Origin: a virus
Lineage: Duplodnaviria; Heunggongvirae; Uroviricota; Caudoviricetes
Virus record (IMG/VR): IMGVR_UViG_3300035659_000001
Reading direction: 5' to 3' (one strand)
DNA: 64,000 bases
Both the position numbers and the translations under genes were made by a program. Every line of letters begins with the position of its first letter. Within the stretch, counting starts at the first letter, position 1. The notes below the pieces were generated by a model. The model had not been told where the DNA came from and searched no databases. It saw only the letters and a program-made list of their open reading frames with translations. Below are positions 58,825 to 64,000 of this stretch, in pieces.

Positions 58825-58887
58825 AGAATCAATAGGTTAGACGGCCATTTATTGAGCACGCAAGTGCAAATATAAGTGATTATATTA
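58825..58887 (+). promoter_or_regulatory. Promoter-like motif P4
   Basis: AGAATCAA-N9-CGGCCATTTATTG-N22-TGATTATATTA upstream of 58901. Confidence 0.75.
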
Positions 58888-58900
58888 TTAGGAGATAATT

Positions 58901-60091
58901 ATGACTATACAAATTGGATGTGACCCGGAATTCTTACTCATGACTGGCAATAGCCGCATGAATGTAGACTTCTCTAAAAACACTGAACACGGTGAAATTG
59001 GATCGGACCATGGAAATCGAGTTGGTGAATTAAGACCGAAACATGGTCATCCAAAAAATGTTACTGAAAATATTTGCAGTCTTATTCGCACATTAAAAAG
59101 CGATTTAGAGCAACGTGAACGTAATGTTAAAATGATTGGTGGTGGTGGCGCTGACAAAAGTCATGACAGTATTGGTGGTCATATTCATATATCTGGATTA
59201 AATAATTTCAACTATAGTTGCTGTTACTGCGGCTATAAAGAGTTTTCGACAACTAGTTCAAATGAAGATAAGCTAATTTTAGCATTAGATTTTTTTATCG
59301 GTCGCAGGATGACACGAATTCCAGGTGGCAAAAGAGCAAGTAGCAATTACGGTAAACCTTCAGACGTGCGACAACAAAATTGGGGCATTGAATATAGAAC
59401 ACCTCCATCATGGTTATGTGAACCTAAACTTACTGAATCAACTTTAGCACTCGCATATTTAATTGCCCAAATTTGGTCAGAAAATCCGACAATTTTTGAC
59501 GAATTATTATCACAACGTGTGATGGCTCGTAAAATGGATTATGGAAAATTAACGTTGATATCAAGAAATAATGTTGAAAATGAATATTTTACAACTCAAA
59601 TAGATAACTTCAAAAAAATCGTATTTGACAAAACATATCACATGAGTGAAATGAATTGTTTTGATTCTTGGACGACATCAATTCTAAGCAATACGACAGA
59701 AATAACATCTATTGAACTTAAATTTTGTCAAATAAAAATAGTTAATTATCAAGACAGCATTGAATCTGAAATGGTATCAAAAATATGCCAATTCGTAACT
59801 ACTGAAGTAAAAGTTTATGTATGTAACGGCATATATGCACCGTACTATATGCGTAGAACAAGAACGTCTCGATTGCGGACAGATACTATTTATATTAGTA
59901 GGGAATTACGACCATATTTGAAAATAAAACGTGAAGTTGGAATTCATGTTCGTTTTATCAATTTCATTTCTGATGAACGTGTGCCAATTACGAATGCTTT
60001 CATGTTTACAAAACATAACATGAAAACTGATTTGCAATCAGTTGTAGAAATAATAATAAATAATTGTGTCAGAAAAAAATTAAAAAAATAG
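58901..60091 (+). CDS. phiEco32-like COOH-NH2 ligase type 2 (amidoligase)
   Basis: 'IGCDPEF', 'GSD...ELRP', 'GGHIH', 'YGKPSDVR', 'IEYRTPPSW'. Confidence 0.85.
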   Translation: MTIQIGCDPEFLLMTGNSRMNVDFSKNTEHGEIGSDHGNRVGELRPKHGHPKNVTENICSLIRTLKSDLEQRERNVKMIGGGGADKSHDSIGGHIHISGLNNFNYSCCYCGYKEFSTTSSNEDKLILALDFFIGRRMTRIPGGKRASSNYGKPSDVRQQNWGIEYRTPPSWLCEPKLTESTLALAYLIAQIWSENPTIFDELLSQRVMARKMDYGKLTLISRNNVENEYFTTQIDNFKKIVFDKTYHMSEMNCFDSWTTSILSNTTEITSIELKFCQIKIVNYQDSIESEMVSKICQFVTTEVKVYVCNGIYAPYYMRRTRTSRLRTDTIYISRELRPYLKIKREVGIHVRFINFISDERVPITNAFMFTKHNMKTDLQSVVEIIINNCVRKKLKK

Positions 60092-60140
60092 GCCAAAAAC
60101 TCAATAAGCAGTTGATTAAACATATAACAGGAGGTCTCGT

Positions 60141-60569
60141 ATGAAAATTGTTAATCTCAGTTTCAATCATCCGGAAGATGAAGGACTCAATCTTACTGGT
60201 ACAGTATCTTTTGCAGACGCAGTCGGCATCACTATCGATACACTTTCGATTCGCGGTCTGGCAGCATGGCGTCATGTTCCATCCAATGTTATCCACGCGA
60301 ATGAGCAAACGATTGAAAATCTGCATTTAGTCGAAAAATCGCAAGCTCTTTCGAAAGTCGGCCTTAATTGGATTGGTATAAAAGCCAGCCATGATTTGCT
60401 GTTATCTTCTACCGTTCGTTCGGGTCGTAACGGAATCAAAAAAGTTCAAGAGCAATTGACGAAGTTTTTCAAAGCAATCGGCGCTTCAAAAATATCGTTC
60501 AACGTTATCGATCCCGAAAACTTTGACATTGACGGTAATCCTGATGATGACACTAACGATTCTGATTAG
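60141..60569 (+). CDS. Hypothetical protein
   Basis: AGGAGG RBS. Confidence 0.75.
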   Translation: MKIVNLSFNHPEDEGLNLTGTVSFADAVGITIDTLSIRGLAAWRHVPSNVIHANEQTIENLHLVEKSQALSKVGLNWIGIKASHDLLLSSTVRSGRNGIKKVQEQLTKFFKAIGASKISFNVIDPENFDIDGNPDDDTNDSD

Positions 60570-60688
60570 GAAGAGAAGTTAATCGGCCGCATACATTTTA
60601 CAATGACCGGTGCAACGTCAGTTACAGATTTTCTCAACTGATTTAAAGTTCTCAATTCATTTCATAAATTTTTCAAAGGAGTTTTTGT

Positions 60689-61048
60689 ATGACCGAAAAG
60701 CTTGAACGCAAACCAAAAGAACCCAAAGTCAATCTTCGTATTGTACGGAAGAAAAAAGAAAAAAAGGAAAAACCCAAACGCCGGCCCAAAAAACGAACGT
60801 CATTCAAAACTTCACGCATGAAAATGGTCAGGTCTTGCTTAAAAATAAAAGCTCTTGTTCGAAAAGCCATGAAAACAGCACTCAAAGGCAAAAACGTTCC
60901 CGTCAAAATGTACAGGCGAGCTGATAACTTGATCGCAAAATCTGAGAGTTTCAAGAACGCGATTCAGGCGGTTGTCGTTGAAAGCGTCAATACAATGTAT
61001 CCAGTAGTTGCAAATGATACAAAGAAAATCAAGGAAGTCAAATCGTAA
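60689..61048 (+). CDS. Lys/Arg-rich basic protein (nucleic-acid-binding candidate)
   Basis: AAGGAG RBS; strongly basic. Confidence 0.72.
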   Translation: MTEKLERKPKEPKVNLRIVRKKKEKKEKPKRRPKKRTSFKTSRMKMVRSCLKIKALVRKAMKTALKGKNVPVKMYRRADNLIAKSESFKNAIQAVVVESVNTMYPVVANDTKKIKEVKS

Positions 61049-61072
61049 ATTTTGCTTTAAACTATCACCGAC

Positions 61073-61105
61073 AAAAGAGCAGTTTGAAAAACTGCTCTTT
61101 TTTTT
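61073..61105 (+). terminator. Rho-independent terminator
   Basis: AAAAGAGCAGTTT-GA-AAACTGCTCTTTT plus Ts. Confidence 0.8.
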
Positions 61106-61113
61106 GTTTGATA

Positions 61114-61159
61114 CAGCCATTTTTGGAGCCAGCTCTGTCGGTATTGCATGATTATATTA
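61114..61159 (+). promoter_or_regulatory. Promoter-like motif P5
   Basis: CAGCCATTTTTGG-N22-TGATTATATTA directly after the terminator. Confidence 0.72.
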
Positions 61160-61161
61160 TT

Positions 61162-61839
61162 ATGAAAGCAACTACAATTACCTTATTAGAAATGAAAAAA
61201 TGTCTGTATGAAGCTGTTCGAATTAAATGGATAGAAGTTACAGGAACAAGCAGTTGCCATGAATATGCTTATGACTATATTCTTTCAGATAATCCACAGA
61301 TTGTAGTCCGAGTTTTTACCAGCATTCAAAAAGAAACTGATGTTAGTCGTAGAAAAGGAAGTGATGCTATTCGAATCTGTGCAATAAACATTACTGGTCG
61401 TGAAGGCTGGATTAAAACTACAAAAGTTTTGCGTGTAGAATGTTGGAGAAAAAATCTTATAAGAGCTATTAATAACTGCACAAAAAATGCTCGCTTAAGA
61501 ATGAATAAAACACAAGTGAAAAAAATTGTTCCTCTGATCTTAGCAAAAGAAAATGAACAACAACAAGAATTATTTTCACTGAAGCCGGTCACAAAAGCAA
61601 CTGCCACTGAACTTAAAGATTTTATTTGGACAAAAACGGACAACGGCTTCTGCACTGAGGCTTCTGACCTTGAAGCTAATAAGGAAAACTGGCCCAGGAA
61701 TAAATGTCATTGTGAGGGATATTATCAGAACAAAGACTTGATAAAAGTGATAAAAACTGATGATGAAGATTATGAAACTAGAGGCTGGGAATTCAAATGT
61801 CTAAACTGTCATGCAACGCTAACAATTTTCAATGATTGA
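61162..61839 (+). CDS. Hypothetical phage protein with C-terminal Zn-ribbon
   Basis: 'VRVFTSI...SRRKGSDAIRI...WRKNL'; the track's 61084 start lies in the terminator, so a later start is inferred. Confidence 0.7.
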   Translation: MKATTITLLEMKKCLYEAVRIKWIEVTGTSSCHEYAYDYILSDNPQIVVRVFTSIQKETDVSRRKGSDAIRICAINITGREGWIKTTKVLRVECWRKNLIRAINNCTKNARLRMNKTQVKKIVPLILAKENEQQQELFSLKPVTKATATELKDFIWTKTDNGFCTEASDLEANKENWPRNKCHCEGYYQNKDLIKVIKTDDEDYETRGWEFKCLNCHATLTIFND

Positions 61840-62096
61840 GAGTTTTTATGAACGCAACTACAAGAGTTATGAGAAGTTTATTTGATTTCCCACCACACAA
61901 AATACATTATGTTATCAGATTAAAAGACTATAACGACGGCATTTGGGAAACTCTTAAATGTTACAATATCCCTCATACAAAAGAAACTCATGAAATGCTT
62001 GTTGAAGTCGTTCAAGATATTTTAGTAGGACCAGATTTAGAATGTGAGTGGACTGAAGAAGAATACGAAAATTTTGTTCGATATAAAGGAGAATAA
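61836..62096 (+). CDS. Hypothetical protein
   Basis: Operon ORF. Confidence 0.65.
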   Translation: MRVFMNATTRVMRSLFDFPPHKIHYVIRLKDYNDGIWETLKCYNIPHTKETHEMLVEVVQDILVGPDLECEWTEEEYENFVRYKGE

Positions 62097-62990
62097 ATGT
62101 GTGGTATTTTTGGATGGATCAAACCAAAAATCGACTCTAAAACTGATCTCAATCTGCGAGATTCTTTAATAAAAGGTCTCATACAAACTCAAACCAGGGG
62201 AACTGATGCAACTGGTTTATATACTACTAATCACGGTGTCATTAAAGCTGCTACAAAAGCATCTGATTTCGTTAAAGACAATATTCCAACAAACTTAAGT
62301 AATTGCCGGTTTGTAATTGGTCATTGTCGTGCAGCTTCTGTCGGTGACGCTAAAAAAGATAAAAATGCTCACCCTTTCGAATCAAAGTCGTGGATATTAG
62401 TTCACAATGGACATGCTGACGTGAAGCTTGTACCAGGATATATATATACAAGTGAATGTGATTCAGAGCTTTTATTAGCGCAAATTGAGATTAATGGAAT
62501 TACTAAAGTGCTTAAAAGTTTTTCTGGAACTGCTGCCATCGTTTTATTCAACAAAAAAACAAACAAACTGTATTTTTGGACAGATTCAACAAAGCCTTTT
62601 GCATTAGCATATTATCATGGAATTATTTTCTTTGCGTCAACTAAATCGATCATTCGTAATACATTGAAAATAAAACATGATTTAAACATTTTTCCAAAAA
62701 TCAGTTTTGCTACTATTTATGAATTTGAATTACTCGAATTTGATATGGCAAAAGGCACGTTCCTACGCAAAGCTGAAATCGAACCAAGACCAAAATACAT
62801 TGATGACTTTAAAGAAATCATGTCAACAGACTCTGTTCCCAGTTTTGACTTTGTACCCGCAGAACCAATAAGAAATATTATTACAAAAAATGCAACTTAT
62901 GCCAACTATAAACGGCCTCCTCTAAAAAAAGGTTGTTGGGTTTCTAACGGACCACGGCCATTTTTGGAGAATGGAGTTAAAAATGAATAA
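62097..62990 (+). CDS. Class II (Ntn) glutamine amidotransferase
   Basis: N-terminal 'MCGIFG', 'RGTDATG', 'GHCRAAS', 'NAHPF', 'HNG', 'CDSE'. Confidence 0.92.
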   Translation: MCGIFGWIKPKIDSKTDLNLRDSLIKGLIQTQTRGTDATGLYTTNHGVIKAATKASDFVKDNIPTNLSNCRFVIGHCRAASVGDAKKDKNAHPFESKSWILVHNGHADVKLVPGYIYTSECDSELLLAQIEINGITKVLKSFSGTAAIVLFNKKTNKLYFWTDSTKPFALAYYHGIIFFASTKSIIRNTLKIKHDLNIFPKISFATIYEFELLEFDMAKGTFLRKAEIEPRPKYIDDFKEIMSTDSVPSFDFVPAEPIRNIITKNATYANYKRPPLKKGCWVSNGPRPFLENGVKNE

Positions 62991-63768
62991 AAAAAGTCCA
63001 ATTAGAAAATGTATACATAACATTAACATTGCAAAATGCAGTTCATGTCAAATACAAAAAGCTTTTGAAAATCAACTTGCAGACGCTCGAGCAGAAGTGA
63101 CTCTTTGTTTGGGCGAGCCTACTTATCATTTTTTAGTTGGTGAAAAAGCTTTATACGGTCATAATGAATTAATCATTGAAGATAAACTTGACAATGGTAC
63201 TATTTATGTTGGCAAAAACATTGCAGGTGATCTAATGGCTGAGCCGTGGTTCAGATTAGCCCGAGTTGATGTTGAGAAAAAGCCATTGGTAAACAAATGG
63301 CCCATACAAATTACTTATCTCCAGCAATCTATCGATGCCCTGTATTCATACTTCTATCATTTTAGATTGGACATGGATACTGATTACCAAAGAGGTAATG
63401 TTTGGAATGAAAACGATGAAGTAAGTTTGATTAATTCAATTTTCAATGACATTGAAATCGGCAAATTTTGTATCATAAGAAGAGATTATTCGTTTCAGGG
63501 CCCTTTATATGAAGTGCTTGATGGCAAACAAAGAATAACTGCAATTATCAGATTCAGAGAAAGCCGGTTCAAATATAAAGGTAAATTCTTTTATCAATTA
63601 CATCCTTTGGATAGATATCATTTTGATTCATTTCCTATTGCTGTCGGCGTCACTCAACAACTCTCACAAAAACAAAAGTATGAATACTTTTTGCGTTTGA
63701 ATACGACTGGTAAAGCTCAAGACATAAGTCATTTGAAGTATGTTGAGTCATTATTAACTGCAGTTTGA
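62983..63768 (+). CDS. DUF262 (ParB/Srx-like) domain protein
   Basis: 'DYQRGNVW', 'LINSIF', 'EVLDGKQRITAI', 'FLRLN'. Confidence 0.88.
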   Translation: MNKKSPIRKCIHNINIAKCSSCQIQKAFENQLADARAEVTLCLGEPTYHFLVGEKALYGHNELIIEDKLDNGTIYVGKNIAGDLMAEPWFRLARVDVEKKPLVNKWPIQITYLQQSIDALYSYFYHFRLDMDTDYQRGNVWNENDEVSLINSIFNDIEIGKFCIIRRDYSFQGPLYEVLDGKQRITAIIRFRESRFKYKGKFFYQLHPLDRYHFDSFPIAVGVTQQLSQKQKYEYFLRLNTTGKAQDISHLKYVESLLTAV

Positions 63769-63779
63769 AAGGATAAAAT

Positions 63780-64000
63780 ATGACATTAATTTAAAAACAA
63801 ATGGTGAGAAAATAAATTTAGAGTTGAGTGCCACTGGAAGTAGCGACTACGAAGCCACTGTAACATTAAAGCAGCTTCAAGATGCAGTCGGAGGTTTTAT
63901 AGAACGTGTTGCTATACCGAATTTAAATGTTTTTTTACTTGTTGATGAAGATATTAGAAAGAATCTGCCTATAAATGAACAAGCATCGATAATAGCTAAA
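63780..64000 (+). pseudogene. DUF3846-like protein, 3'-truncated by the window, with an apparent 1-bp deletion near its start
   Basis: ATG ACA TTA ATT TAA stops at once; the adjacent frame reads LKTNGEK...LKQLQDAVGGFIE...LVDED...LPINEQAS. Confidence 0.65.

Noticed and set aside
42830-60400. Short 'WIGIKA' match between ORFs 42645 and 60141
   Set aside because: Only about 8 residues; not enough to claim homology without a profile alignment
50001-61655. Nested or opposite-strand track ORFs on the right side (for example 50001, 54779, 54867, 55036, 55280, 60673, 60839, 61326)
   Set aside because: They overlap better-supported genes with RBS and promoter context
1-64000. Alternative genetic code (TAG or TGA recoding), known in some jumbo phages
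   Set aside because: Long conserved genes are intact in code 11, and TAG and TGA end several genes at plausible operon boundaries (for example 1693, 7207, 32572, 40291, 60569)

Overview
AT-rich, densely coded 64-kb segment that looks like part of a large (jumbo-type) dsDNA bacteriophage genome. It has strong AGGAG ribosome-binding sites, many short overlapping hypothetical ORFs, a holin plus GH108 endolysin, and host-like genes (rny, yhaM, spoVG, kamA, sigma-70 factors, topoisomerase IB, three ATP-dependent ligase domains, a TnpB-like RuvC nuclease, NADAR, ATP-grasp, amidoligase and glutamine amidotransferase). I saw no integrase, major capsid, large terminase, tRNA, rRNA or CRISPR array. From 1 to 46.2 kb genes are all on +; from 48.3 to 64 kb they form alternating divergent clusters. 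The main unexplained structures are: (1) an extreme G/C strand-skew gradient that flips in a 2.1-kb non-coding region at about 46.7-47.0 kb, which carries helically phased 17-bp repeats and a ~565-bp degenerate tandem duplication (candidate origin or joined genome ends); (2) a shared N-terminal leader 'MKxxxxIxxEFxKxA' plus HP-containing modules grafted onto seven unrelated proteins (candidate capsid-targeting signal); (3) a second shared leader 'M[NS]KFNFILD' on five ORFs; (4) a bipartite GCCATTT-N21/22-TGATTATATTA promoter-like motif heading five gene clusters; and (5) unusual fusions (Ser/Thr kinase-NadM-like nucleotidyltransferase next to a vWA gene; J-domain-ligase). All functional calls come from motif recognition by eye; no database search was run.
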